A stretch of 64,000 nt of DNA, from the NCBI GenBank assembly GCA_963716395.1, contig OY970309.1, positions 2,688,001 to 2,752,000 of the forward strand, in the 5' to 3' direction. A program made the translations under genes and the position numbers. Below the pieces are notes generated by a model that was not told where the DNA came from, did no database searches, and saw nothing but the letters and a program-made list of their open reading frames with translations. This stretch comes from an uncultured Fibrobacteria bacterium (lineage in GTDB: Bacteria; Fibrobacterota; Fibrobacteria; UBA11236). Below are positions 46,751-58,621 of the stretch, one piece after another (within the stretch, counting starts at the first letter, position 1; each line of letters starts with the position of its first letter).

Positions 46751-47490
46751 TTAAAATCGAGCCGTGGCGCGTAATCCGAAAGTGGGTTGCCGGTCTTGGT
46801 ACAAACTCAGTTGCGGGAGCAGGGTCAAGGAAGGCGCCGAAGCCGTTTGCGTTGTCTTATGGATGTCGATCAGACTATAAATGAAACCCGCAGAATAAAG
46901 TCCGAGCCCTCCGAGCATCATCACCGTGCCGAGAACTTCGCTGCCTCCGGAAGATTGTGCGCAAGAGGTTGAGCCGTCGCAATCGCTCTCTGCAAATGCG
47001 CTGGAGATACCGCTGCTATGTCAATGACAAATCCCAGTGCCACTAAGCCTCCTCCGCCAAGACGCAGGGTGCTGGCCAATATTCCATCTTCGATGGATCC
47101 GGCATAGAATTGCCCCAGTGAAGGCCCGAAAAGCAAGGTCGAGACGATCAAAACACCTCCGATCGCGCCTTGGCTGTGGGAGGCGAGGTAAAGACCCGCT
47201 CCCATCTCCAACGCCGTGCCTCCCAAACTCAAGACATAGGCCAATCCTTCGGAGTGCGCGTGGGGGCCATCCTCCGCCAGCGGCGTCTCCTCCGAAGGGA
47301 ACGAATCTGCGTAGGTCAAAAAACCGCTCTCGGGCAACATCCCGGAGTCAGCTCGAGACACCGTTTTTGTCTCTCCCGCCGTAGCGGAATCTCTGTCTGC
47401 GGGAAGCAAAGTCTTTTGCATCGGGGGAATTCCCCCTACCAGCGCGGTGGACCAGGTCAAAATCAAGGCGGCGGGTCGCAGCGTACCGAT
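46751..47490 (-). pseudogene. Frameshifted membrane/outer-membrane hypothetical protein
   Basis: Reads ...GPSLGQFYAG...GFVIDIAA, then after a shift near 47010 continues ISSAFAESDCDGSTSC...PTFGLRATARF-stop at 46751; 5' end approximate. Confidence 0.6.
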
Positions 47491-47694
47491 TGGACGGCCG
47501 CCGGTTTTTGCCGGTAACCGCTTCTGCGGCAAACGTCGCGGATCCTCGGCCGCAGCTGCGCAAATGCACCGGGCGAAATAAAGATGACCGAATGTCACGA
47601 ACGGATCATTTAGCATGGCAAGTTTTATATTGTGAGTTCTGCTTCGGCCCGGCAGCCTGTGAAACCGGGGGCCCGAGCCCAGTGAGGAAGTCCC

Positions 47695-49035
<1,341 letters not shown>

Positions 49036-49060
49036 CCCCGCATCGCAGCGAAGGAAAGAT

Positions 49061-50224
49061 ATGGCCGGCGACGAAGTCCTTTTCACCATCACACGCGATC
49101 ATCTCGACACGGGCCTGCGCGGCTTTCCGGTGGGCACCTGCCCCATCAGCCACGTCGACCCGAATAAGGGCCTGAGTTACGGCGGCTATCCCATCGCGGC
49201 ATTGGCCGAACGCGAACCCGAAGCCGTGATCCATTTGTTGCTGCGCAAAGAGCTGCCGACGCCCCAGCAATTGCAAGCCTTCAAAGCCGAATTGGCGGGC
49301 CACGGAGCCTTGCCGGCCGGCGTGCTGAACCTGTTGCATCAATTCCCGCGGCAGGGGCATCCCATGAAATGGCTGATCGGCGGCCTGGTGGCCATGGGCA
49401 TGTACGAAGGCAAGAATGATTACCGTCACGATTGTCTGAATATGGTGGCGCATTTGCCCGAATTGGCAGCGGCCATTATCCGCTTGCGCTCGGGTTGGGG
49501 CGAACCCATCGCGTCGCGCCCCGAACTGGGGTGGGTGGAAAATTTCACCCACATGCTGGGCGCGCCCGGTTCCAAGCCCGAACTGACGCACTTGCTGCGC
49601 ACTTTCTGCATCCTGCATTTCGATCACGGCGGCGGCAATCTGTCGACCTTCGTGGGCAAGGCCATCGCCTCGGGGCATGAAGACCTTTACGGCGCCCTGG
49701 CCGGCGCCATGGCGGGTTTGGCCGGGCCGTTGCACGGCATGGCGAACCAGGAATGCCTGCGCTTTCTCAAAGAGGTGGCCCGGGCCGTGCCTGACCCCGG
49801 CGACGAGAAGGCGCTGCGCGACTACGTCGAGAACCGTCTCCGTTCCGGCGGCGTGCTGTACGGATTCGGACACGCCGTATTGCGCGTCGAAGATCCGCGC
49901 GCCACGGTGCAATACGCCCTGGGCGAAAAGATTGCGCCCCAGGATCCGCTCTTTCGTCTGGCGGCGTCCTTGCGCAAAGTGGGCAGCGAGGCGCTGAAAA
50001 AGCAAGGGAAGGTTCAGGACCCGTATCCCAATGTCGACGCCGTGTCGGGCTGTTTGCTCAATGCCTGCGGCCTCGGCGACGAAGACTATTACACAGTGCT
50101 GTTCGGCCTGGCGCGCTGTGTGGGCATCGCTGCGCAAATCGTATGGGAGCGCACCGAAGCACGTAACGGCAAAGGCACCCCCATCGTGCGGCCTTCTTAT
50201 TTATATACCGGCCCCAAGCGCTGA
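49061..50224 (+). CDS. gltA: Citrate synthase
   Basis: DHGGGN, GLAGPLHGMAN, GFGHAVLR, DPR, PNVDA; ATG at 49061. Confidence 0.92.
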   Translation: MAGDEVLFTITRDHLDTGLRGFPVGTCPISHVDPNKGLSYGGYPIAALAEREPEAVIHLLLRKELPTPQQLQAFKAELAGHGALPAGVLNLLHQFPRQGHPMKWLIGGLVAMGMYEGKNDYRHDCLNMVAHLPELAAAIIRLRSGWGEPIASRPELGWVENFTHMLGAPGSKPELTHLLRTFCILHFDHGGGNLSTFVGKAIASGHEDLYGALAGAMAGLAGPLHGMANQECLRFLKEVARAVPDPGDEKALRDYVENRLRSGGVLYGFGHAVLRVEDPRATVQYALGEKIAPQDPLFRLAASLRKVGSEALKKQGKVQDPYPNVDAVSGCLLNACGLGDEDYYTVLFGLARCVGIAAQIVWERTEARNGKGTPIVRPSYLYTGPKR

Positions 50225-50248
50225 CGGTCGGTTCGACACCCCTCGACC

Positions 50249-50334
50249 GGTTCGACAAGCTCACCGGCCGCTGGTAACAGTACGAAGCTTTGCAAGATTC
50301 AACGCGGCGCGCCCTGAGCCCGTCGAAGGGCGCG
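50249..50334. repeat. REP-like palindrome pair
   Basis: GGTTCGACAAGCTCACC and the inverted GCCCTGAGCCCGTCGAAGGGC; related copies near 42951 and 61981. Confidence 0.6.
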
Positions 50335-50344
50335 TAGTCAGGTT

Positions 50345-50448
50345 GCCACGGCCAGGCACACGAATCCGCCGCCCCATTCCAGTGACGCATAGCGAAAGGT
50401 TGTAATCATCGTTCCGTCGGTATATTTCGCCGCCCCCGACCCGGCATG
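50345..50448. repeat. 104-bp direct repeat, left copy (duplicate of PPTase gene 3' end)
   Basis: Identical to 56809-56912. Confidence 0.95.
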
Positions 50449-50813
50449 CTTTTCACGATGGCGGCGATCTTGAAGTCGAATACGGGGTGAAGTCCGGAGC
50501 TAAATGGTCGGCGCTTGCGGTGTCGGCCGACGCGCATGCACGGCCCATGCCGCCGAACTCGGAAGCCGAATTCCTCTTTGAACATTATTGGGGCTACACC
50601 AAGGTTGATTCGGAAACAACCTGTGAATACGCCGTGCGGCACCCGCGCTGGCGGCTGCACGCGGTGAAGCGTTATCGGATCGACTTCGATTTTGGGCGCA
50701 TCTTCGGATCGGAGTTCGCATTCCTGCAAAACCGAAAACCCGACTCGGTATTCATGGCTGAAGGTTCGCCAATTTCAGTTTCAGACAAGAAGAAGATCAC
50801 CCGGCTAAAGTAG
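50445..50813 (+). pseudogene. 5'-truncated DUF2071/YqjF-like gene
   Basis: EFLFEHYWGYT...EYAVRHPRW...PDSVFMAEGS resembles the C-terminal half of the family; the sequence starts at the repeat junction. Confidence 0.65.
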
Positions 50814-51313
50814 TGTCTGTATTGAGATCCTAAAAAAGCCCTCCCGCCCCACTTTGGCCGAGGGCAAGATTTCGCGAATAGTTTAAAAACGCACGTCATG
50901 TTCAGCGTCTGGACTATTGATACGTGACGCACTCTCATTCAATAGTAAGGCGTAATCTGCGCGATCCGCGCAATATCACTTTTCTAAAAACGAAAAACGA
51001 ATTTTGGCCATTTTTCATACTTTTGTAGGCTGCTGAATCCCCCTCCTGATTTCGAAAATCCATTTCGAGTCATTACTGATTTGAGTGACGATTGTTCTAT
51101 CCGTAACTTCCTCGTTTCCCGTTTTTTCGCGTCCCCCCTCGCTTTTCAGTCAAATACGCAAGAAAATATTTTTTCCTAATTCCCCTTTTTCCCATCCACT
51201 TCGATTCCTAGACTTTTAATACGCGTTTTGCATTAATGATTGATGAAAGGATGTCACGAGATGTCTTTTCGAAAAACACCCGGCAATACCGCCGGATAAC
51301 CAGGGAGGAGCCG

Positions 51314-51972
51314 ATGCGTTTATCATTCATCGCCTTGATTCTGGGCTTGGCAGCCATGGGGCATAGCCAGGCCAGGGATTGGGGGTTTTCACTTGATACC
51401 ATCCATGAATGGGATGGGGTTACTTATGACGGATCTCATCCTCCTCACCCATTGGAGGATACCATGATATCCGGAATACGGGTGCCGATTCCATTTGGTT
51501 CGACACCGCATGGGTTGAGATTCTTAGTCCTGATTCATCTTATTTTACAAACTTTTATGTCAGTTTTGTTACCATCGGAACTACCAGTTTTCCTGGACCT
51601 TCTTATTGGCCATCACCATCGCCTCGTTTATGGTTCGACCCCAATCGCGATGTTAAGATAATGGTTGCTCGTTTCTTCGGCAGCCTGAAGTCGCAGGATG
51701 TAAAGCCTGATTCGACCACGGCAATTTTGCGCGCCATTTATCAAACGCAAAATCGGGGTCAAGATACAGTGATTGTAATCGGCGATTATCTCAACGAAGA
51801 CTCAGGAATTGTTTCGATTAACCCTCGCGGAGGTCCCGGCAATTCCAAGCAGCCGAACCGTGACGCCATAGGGGTTAACGCCCAAGGCCGCAAGAACACC
51901 CGGGAAAATTCCCAAACCAATCCCGAAACCATTCTTATTCCCCGCGATGCCCGCGGAAAAGGGGATCGGTAA
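51314..51972 (+). pseudogene. Frameshifted copy 1 of small secreted protein
   Basis: ACCATG-ATATCC versus ACCATGTATATCC in copy 2: a 1-nt deletion at about 51467. Confidence 0.8.
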
Positions 51973-52140
51973 ATGAAAACCTTCCACAAAATATTATTGC
52001 TGAGTGTTTTTGTTTCGACAGCAATTTCTTACAGTAACTCTATTGTTACCCACCCCGTCCGCTTCTAAATAGTCCACATTTCGCACGGCCCGACTCCGCC
52101 GAAAAACCTCTCGCGCTCTACAATGCCCTGGGTTCGCGGT
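51973..52140 (+). pseudogene. Truncated, frameshifted 5' fragment of a subtilase paralogue
   Basis: MKTFHKILLLSVFVSTAISYS matches MKNFNRIILLSVFVAAAVSYG at 53024; similarity ends near 52140. Confidence 0.7.
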
Positions 52141-52363
52141 TGATTCAGCCCCGGTTCAATCCCAATTTTACGACTCGCTTTTTCAAATGGCACTTTTCAC
52201 ACAAATTAGCCGGGTAGATTTCGACAACTTTCCCCTTTTTTTCATCCACTTCGATTCTTAACCTTTTAGCACGCGTTTTGCACTAATCATGGATGGAAGG
52301 ATGTCGCGAGATGTCTTTTCTAAAAACACCCGGCAATACCGCCGGACAACCAAGGAGGAACCG

Positions 52364-53023
52364 ATGCGTTTATCATTCATCGCCTTGATTCTGGGCTTGG
52401 CAGCCTTTGGGCAAAGCCAGGCCAGGGATTGGGGGTTTTCACTTGATACCATCCATGAATGGGATGGGGTTACTTATGACGGATCTCATCCTCCTCACCC
52501 ATTGGAGGATACCATGTATATCCGGAATACGGGTGCCGATTCCATTTGGTTCGACACCGCATGGGTTGAGATTCTTAGTCCTGATTCATCTTTTTTCACA
52601 AACTTTTATGTCCGCTTTATTACCGTCGGAACCACCAGTTTTCCTGGACCTTCTCCATGGCCATCACCATCGCCTCGATTATGGTTCGATCCCAATCGGG
52701 ATGTTAAGATAATGGTTGATCATTTCATCGGCAGCCTGAAGTCGCAGGATGTAAAGCCTGATTCGACCACGGCAATTTTGCGCGCCATTTATCAAACGCA
52801 AAATCGGGGTCAAGATACAGTGATTGTAATCGGCGATTATCTCAACGAAGACTCAGGAATTGTTTCGATTAACCCTCGCGGAGGTCCCGGCAATTCCAAG
52901 CAGCCGAACCGTGACGCCATAGGGGTTAACGCCCAAGGCCGCAAGAACACCCGGGAAAATTCCCAAACCAATCCCGAAACCATTCTTATTCCCCGCGATG
53001 CCCGCGGAAAAGGGGATCAGTAA
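52364..53023 (+). CDS. Small secreted protein (intact copy 2)
   Basis: AAGGAGG RBS; signal peptide MRLSFIALILGLAAFGQSQA; tail contains VNAQGRK. Confidence 0.8.
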   Translation: MRLSFIALILGLAAFGQSQARDWGFSLDTIHEWDGVTYDGSHPPHPLEDTMYIRNTGADSIWFDTAWVEILSPDSSFFTNFYVRFITVGTTSFPGPSPWPSPSPRLWFDPNRDVKIMVDHFIGSLKSQDVKPDSTTAILRAIYQTQNRGQDTVIVIGDYLNEDSGIVSINPRGGPGNSKQPNRDAIGVNAQGRKNTRENSQTNPETILIPRDARGKGDQ

Positions 53024-56000
53024 ATGAAAAACTTCAACAGAATAATTCTGCTTAGCGTTTTTGTTGCGGCGGCCGTTTCTTACGGTAACTCTATAGTTAC
53101 CCCCCCCCCGTCCGCTTTTAAATAGCCCGCATTTCGCCCGGCCCGACTCCGCCGAAAAACCCCTGGTTCTTTACAATGCGATTGGTTCGCAGTCGATACC
53201 GCCATTTAAAAACAGCCCGGCCAAAGCGGCGCAATCGGCGATTCGCTCCCGTTATGCCCATTTGCTTTTAAGGCCTTTGCCCGATTCGCTTACCTATGAT
53301 TCCTTGTTGCGACTCACTGGGGTGAAACCCTTAAGCCGGGTTTTTCTCCAACGCCATGGTTTGGTCTATGAAGAATGGACGGTGAACACCGGGGTATACG
53401 GCTTCCATGGCGCCGCCACCCGATTGGCGACCTTGTTCCCGCGGTACTTCTTCAATCTGGTCCCCTTTACCTCCGAGGACAAGCAAACGCCGAAAATCCG
53501 GGGATTGAAGGCGTTCGAAGCTGCGGAGAAAAATTCCGCCACGGGCGAGGTATTCGGCGAGGTGCGCTTTTTCAACGACGTGCCGCAAAGCCGACGTGAC
53601 GGCATTTTGAACGCCTTCCTGAAACCGCATGACATTTGGGGCATAAGGTATTGGTCGGGTTCATTGGGCGCTTGGCAAAATCTGGCCGAACTGGACGAAG
53701 TGCAAATGGTCCGCGAAACCGACACCTTACTTAAAATCACCAACGACAAGGTGCGTAACTTGACTCAGGTCAGTGCCATTCAATCGGTGCCGGCCGATGT
53801 CACCGCTCCCCAAACCAATTGGCTGGATACGGGAATTTATGCGGGCCAATATTATGGCAGGGGAATTACCGTGGGTGTTTATGATACTGGAATTGATTCG
53901 ACAGGAGATACCACCACTTCCTTTGTGGGGGATTTTTGGGAAAAAGACGCCACCAATAAGGCCCGATTAAGGCGAGCCGCACCCTCAATTCCTTGGGAAA
54001 CTTACAATCCAAAAGGCTATTACCCTGGCTGGAGTGATGAGGATGCTGTTCATGGTACACACGTCGCGGGAATTATCGGCGGCAATGGCTGGAATAGTTT
54101 GGGCAGTGGCGCGCCTTCGAGATATTTTTGGCGCGGCATAGCGCCAAAGGTCACGTTTATTTCCGGTATAACTTCGCCAACCGGATTTGACGGGGATGTG
54201 AATAACCATTCCCATATCATCGGTGCTACCGCCCCGGGAGATTATGAGGGCGCTGATGTGGATGCGTTGATTCATGATCATTCCATCACGCATACCATGG
54301 TATACGCCGCGGCGAACAATGGACTGCAGAGCGGGGACTATGGTGGCGAAGGATATGGCCATCAACGCGGATACTACTCCATATTGGCGGATTCGAAAAA
54401 CGCCATCGTGGTGGGCGCGACCTATAGCGATACGGCTTTGCGCGCTTATTTCAGTTCCATGGGTCCCACGCGCGATGGCCGCATCAAACCCGATGTCATG
54501 GCGCCGGGAGCTTCTTTTCAATGGCCGGATCGATCCGTTACCCCCATGGTGGTGGAGTTGGATTCCTTATACTTCAAGCGCTCGACCGGGGCCATTGCCC
54601 GGCTGCTGAACTTCACCAACTCTGCGGAAGGGTGGCAGGATGGAGGATACACGTCGAATTTCGTGTATACCGGAACTACTCTGAAATTCAATGCCAATTG
54701 GGTCGGCAACTGGATTTATAATAATAACGTGGCGAGTTTCACCACCGATCCCGACGACAGCCTGATTATCCGCTACCGCATCTCCCATCCGCAAATCCCC
54801 GCCAAGATGACCAAGCTTCGCTGCGGCCTGCAGTGGGGGAATCATGGTACTGGGATCGATAGTCTGCAATTCGGCTTGCCGACCCCCGATACCACCGGTT
54901 TTCAAACCGTTCGCTTCCAGTTGAAAAGCCTGAGGGGCCGTAAATATGATGGCGATTTGAGTTTGGGCAAAGCGCGATGGCCACAAACCATTCCGGGCGT
55001 CGACATTACCAAACTCAGGCTTGCCTTTTGGTCTGACACCACCGATGCCATATTGTCCGCCGATATCCTCGACCCGGCCTATCCCCGCTACGCGCAAATT
55101 CAAGGAACTTCCATGGCGGCGCCGGTGGTCACCGGGATCGTGGCTTTAATGCTGGAGAAATACCGGAAATGCTTCAATCCCACCGCCGATATGGATACGC
55201 AGGGCCCTTGGAATTCGACTATGAAAGCCCTGTTGGTGCATACCGCCACCGATATGGTGAAAACCGTTCCCACTTGGAGGGAAAAGGGTTCCGGTGGACC
55301 GGGGAATCCGGTAAACGTGGACGGAGTCGTCAACGTGAACCCCGACCTTTGTGGTTATATGGCCGATACCATCAGCGATTCGGCTGGAAATGTTATTGGC
55401 TGGAAAAACCAACGTTGCACCCGCCATCCCGCTGATTCGAGTTTTGTCAGATATGGAAAAGGCCCTGATTACGCTACGGGCTACGGGCTGGTAAATGCTC
55501 AAAAAGCCATGGGCATGATCGACAGCACCAGGCGTAATTTGATCCGCCAGGACAATATCGCCCAAGGCGAAGCGAAAACCTTTACCATTGATGTTCCCAG
55601 TGGTACGACAAAGTTTCGCGTGACCACGGCATGGGATGATGTCGCCGGGTCCGATATGGATCCCATCGGCTATTCAAGACTGGTGAATGATTTGGATTTA
55701 CTGGTACGCGCTCCCGATGGTACGCTTTATTTTCCCTACCAGCTTGAACCATTGCCGTCAGCGAGCACCGAGAACGGCGGTCATCTGCCCGACGACGGCA
55801 TCGATCCCATCGACCCCTCCTCAATTCCCGATTCGGCGTCGCATGATGCACCCAATCATTATGATAACGTCGAGGTCGTGGATGTGGCGAACGCGGGGGC
55901 GGCATTGCCCACCGGCACCTGGACCATCATCGTGCAAGCGTATCGTGTTTTATCGGGCACCCGGCAAGATTTTTCCCTGGTATCCGATTTCGGAATGACG

Positions 56001-56489
56001 CCGCAAACCAATAATATTGGTTGGCAGCAAACATCCGGATTCGAAATACCCGCGGATTGGACTCCCAGTTCGGGCCAAGTGTCTCTGAATACGGTGAGTT
56101 ATACCCAAGGGCAGGCGTCCCTGGAAGTACCAGGGTCCGGCTATTTGACGCTGCTGAGCGCGCCGATCGCCACGAATACGATGCCCCAGTCCGGATCGAC
56201 CATGGCGTTTGATTTGTGGATCGGTTCGCAGCAGCCCAACCCTTACTGGATTGGCCAGGCCCAACTAGTGGCGAGTTGCCCCTCTGCGGGGATGTACAAC
56301 GTCTATATGGGTGCCGTCGAGCTTACGGGTTTGCCGTTTAACCAGTTCTCGACCTTGAGTTTCAGCCTTCCGGCCATGGTGCAACAAGTAATTTCGGAAC
56401 AGCATTCGGATTTCCAACTCACGCTAGTTCTGAATACCAATTCCGGTTCGGGACCATATTTATTGGACAACCTGAGAAGGCTGAATTGA
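53024..56489 (+). CDS. Large secreted S8 subtilisin-like peptidase; out of frame at a C10 tract (53100-53109)
   Basis: Catalytic triad YDTGID, HGTHVAG, GTSMAAP; KPDVMAPG; the signal peptide at 53024 joins the 53262 ORF if one C is removed. Confidence 0.88.
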
Positions 56490-56530
56490 CTCAAATGGTT
56501 CGCAAATTCTAAGAACAGTGTTTTTCCATC

Positions 56531-56566
56531 GAAGTGGTGGGCCCGCCGCGGCAGGTCCACCACCTC
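56531..56566 (+). terminator. GC-rich hairpin downstream of subtilase
   Basis: GTGGTGGGCCCGCC-GC-GGCAGGTCCACCAC imperfect stem; no U-tract. Confidence 0.35.
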
Positions 56567-56642
56567 CCCCTCGTCTGACGATTCCGCGACATCAGTGGCC
56601 CGTGGCTTTTTCACTTCGCCACCCCCAGGGTATTCGCGCTTA

Positions 56643-56801
56643 GGCGTCGTCAAGAAATAAACTATACGCACCGAGGGCGAAACAGCGCTCGCTCCCGCAA
56701 GGCGCGAGGAGCGCGCATACCGGGAGTATGTAAGCGACGAGCAACGAAGCGGGGCGAGATGATGTTTCGGTCGAATGCATAGGTTATTTCTTGACGACGC
56801 C
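56643..56801. mobile_element. 159-bp MITE with 18-bp terminal inverted repeats and TTA target duplication
   Basis: TTA-GGCGTCGTCAAGAAATAA...TTATTTCTTGACGACGCC-TTA; no coding capacity. Confidence 0.85.
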
Positions 56802-57452
56802 TTACTCCGCCACGGCCAGGCACACGAATCCGCCGCCCCATTCCAGTGACGCATAGCGAAAGGTTGTAATCATCGTTCCGTCGGTATATTTCGCCGCCCC
56901 CGACCCGGCATGGGGATTCTCCAGTCGATAATGCCGCAGCCCGCGCCGCGCATTGTCAAGATCGGCTTTGAACAAGGCCTCCTTCACCACCCATAAGCGC
57001 AACAAAGCGGTGGGCGTCACCGGCGGCGTCAAAGATTTTTGTTCCGCGTCTTGCAGAAAAAAGCGCATCGATTCCAGACGCATGGGGCGCAACGCTTCGT
57101 AGTCGATTCCCAGGCCGCGCATTTGTGGATTATGCGCCGCCGCGGCCAAGGCCAGGCCCGCCGCATGCGTCAGCGAAAGGGTTGGGTGGGGAAAACGGAT
57201 CCGGGAGGTATCGGGATCGGCATGACGAAGTTGCAGCAGCGCCTTCAAGGCATGGCGGCCGCGCAGCCATTCTTCGCGCCGCGCGGCATGGGTGAAAGCC
57301 TCAAAACGCAGGCGCTCGCCCTGCGTCAAATCCCGCGGATCCAGGGGTTGGCGGCGCACGGCGATTGCGAAGTCGCCGCCCAATGCCGCCCCGAATTCCC
57401 GCGCGAGGTGTTCTCCTTCTGTGTGCAGGTTCTGTATTTCGCGCAACGCCAT
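56802..57452 (-). CDS. 4'-phosphopantetheinyl transferase family protein
   Basis: RREEWLRGR, LSLTH, LGIDYE, LWVVKEALFKA. Confidence 0.85.
   Translation of the reverse strand: MALREIQNLHTEGEHLAREFGAALGGDFAIAVRRQPLDPRDLTQGERLRFEAFTHAARREEWLRGRHALKALLQLRHADPDTSRIRFPHPTLSLTHAAGLALAAAAHNPQMRGLGIDYEALRPMRLESMRFFLQDAEQKSLTPPVTPTALLRLWVVKEALFKADLDNARRGLRHYRLENPHAGSGAAKYTDGTMITTFRYASLEWGGGFVCLAVAE
56809..56912. repeat. 104-bp direct repeat, right copy (within PPTase gene)
   Basis: Identical to 50345-50448. Confidence 0.95.
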
Positions 57453-57490
57453 CGGCCCGGAAGTTTAACTTTACCGCGGGACTGCCTGCG

Positions 57491-57967
57491 ATGAAAATCC
57501 GTTTGCTGGCCGTGGGCAAGATGAAGAACCAGCCCTTGCGGCTTCTGGCCGAAGACTATGCCGATCGCGTGCGGCGATTCGCGCGCCTGGAACTGGTGGA
57601 AATTCCCGACGGCCGCGCCCGCGATCCCGCCGCCCGCTTGCGTGAGGAAGGGCAAGCCCTAGCCCGCATCTTGGGTCGCGCCGAAGACAAGAAGTTTTCT
57701 CATGCGGTCCTCTGGGACGAGCGCGGCGACGAAATGGACACGGCCGTCTTTTCCAAATGGCTCGAGCAGGCCTTGCGCCGCAGCCCGGTGCTCGACTTCG
57801 TCATCGGCTCGTCGCATGGGGTCGATGCGGGTTTGCAAAACCGCATTCCGCAGCGCCTGCGGCTCAGCGCCTTTACCTTGACCCATGAATGGGCGCGCGC
57901 CCTGGCGCTGGAGCAGATCTATCGCGCCTTTTGCGTCCAGCGCGGGCTGCCCTACCACCAAGGCTGA
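57491..57967 (+). CDS. rlmH: 23S rRNA pseudouridine-1915 N3-methyltransferase
   Basis: MKIRLLAVGK, DERG, FVIG, TLTHE, LEQIYRA, PYH. Confidence 0.92.
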   Translation: MKIRLLAVGKMKNQPLRLLAEDYADRVRRFARLELVEIPDGRARDPAARLREEGQALARILGRAEDKKFSHAVLWDERGDEMDTAVFSKWLEQALRRSPVLDFVIGSSHGVDAGLQNRIPQRLRLSAFTLTHEWARALALEQIYRAFCVQRGLPYHQG

Positions 57968-58058
57968 CCCGCTCCGCCGGAGGACTGTCGCGAAAAGCTG
58001 GAAATTCGGGGGCGTTGTCCCTTGACGTCGCGGGGTAAACAGTTTATACTGTAACGGT

Positions 58059-58508
58059 ATGAATAAGAACGGTAAGGTTGCGGCGCCGGGCGCGCTTCCC
58101 GGATTGGGATGCTGGCTGCAAATGATCCGCACTTACGACTATCTGCACGCCCAGGTGGCGCAATTGTTGCAAAAGCACGGGCTCAGCGTGCCGCAATTCG
58201 AAATGCTGTCGACCTTGGCCGAGTCCGACTGCGACAACCAGCAGGAGTTGGCCGACCGGCTGCGCGTCACCAAGGGCAACCTGGTGGGGCTCATCGACCG
58301 CCTGGCCGAAAAGGGTTGGGTCGAGCGCGCGCAGGTGCCGGGCGACCGGCGCGTGAACCGCGTGCGCATCACCGAGGCGGGCAGGAAATGGGTGCGCAAA
58401 GCCGTGCCCGAGCAGGCCGCTATCGTAGCCGCCATGATGTCGCGGCTGAACGACAAGGAGCGGGTGCAGTTGCACGGCTTGTTGCAAAAGCTGGAAGGAA
58501 GGACTTAA
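58059..58508 (+). CDS. MarR family regulator
   Basis: GLSVPQFEML, QQELADRL, LIDRLAEKGWVER, DRR. Confidence 0.92.
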   Translation: MNKNGKVAAPGALPGLGCWLQMIRTYDYLHAQVAQLLQKHGLSVPQFEMLSTLAESDCDNQQELADRLRVTKGNLVGLIDRLAEKGWVERAQVPGDRRVNRVRITEAGRKWVRKAVPEQAAIVAAMMSRLNDKERVQLHGLLQKLEGRT

Positions 58509-58621
58509 AAAAATTTACTAAAATGTTTATATAATAACTATAGTAATGGAAACAATGCTGTATGAAACCATCTAATAATAAACTAGCGTTATCACAACCA
58601 TACCTTCACCAGGAGTTCGTT

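Larger units (their letters stand above)
51180..53190 (+). repeat. Tandem duplication, about 1050-bp period (approx. 51180-52140 and 52230-53190)
   Basis: Upstream region, small gene and subtilase 5' end are all present twice. Confidence 0.92.
50345..56912. mobile_element. Lower-GC genomic islet bounded by 104-bp direct repeats; no integrase seen
   Basis: Direct repeats, GC drop, gene fragments, internal tandem duplication. Confidence 0.7.

Noticed and set aside
52267-52282. Sigma54-like promoter TAGCAC-N5-TTGCA
   Set aside because: It lacks the invariant GG at -24, and the other copy is more degenerate.
51542-52727. Diversity-generating retroelement (variable region/template pair)
   Set aside because: No reverse transcriptase in the window. 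Several differences are synonymous third-position C/T or C/G changes, and the adenines fall in both copies rather than in one template.
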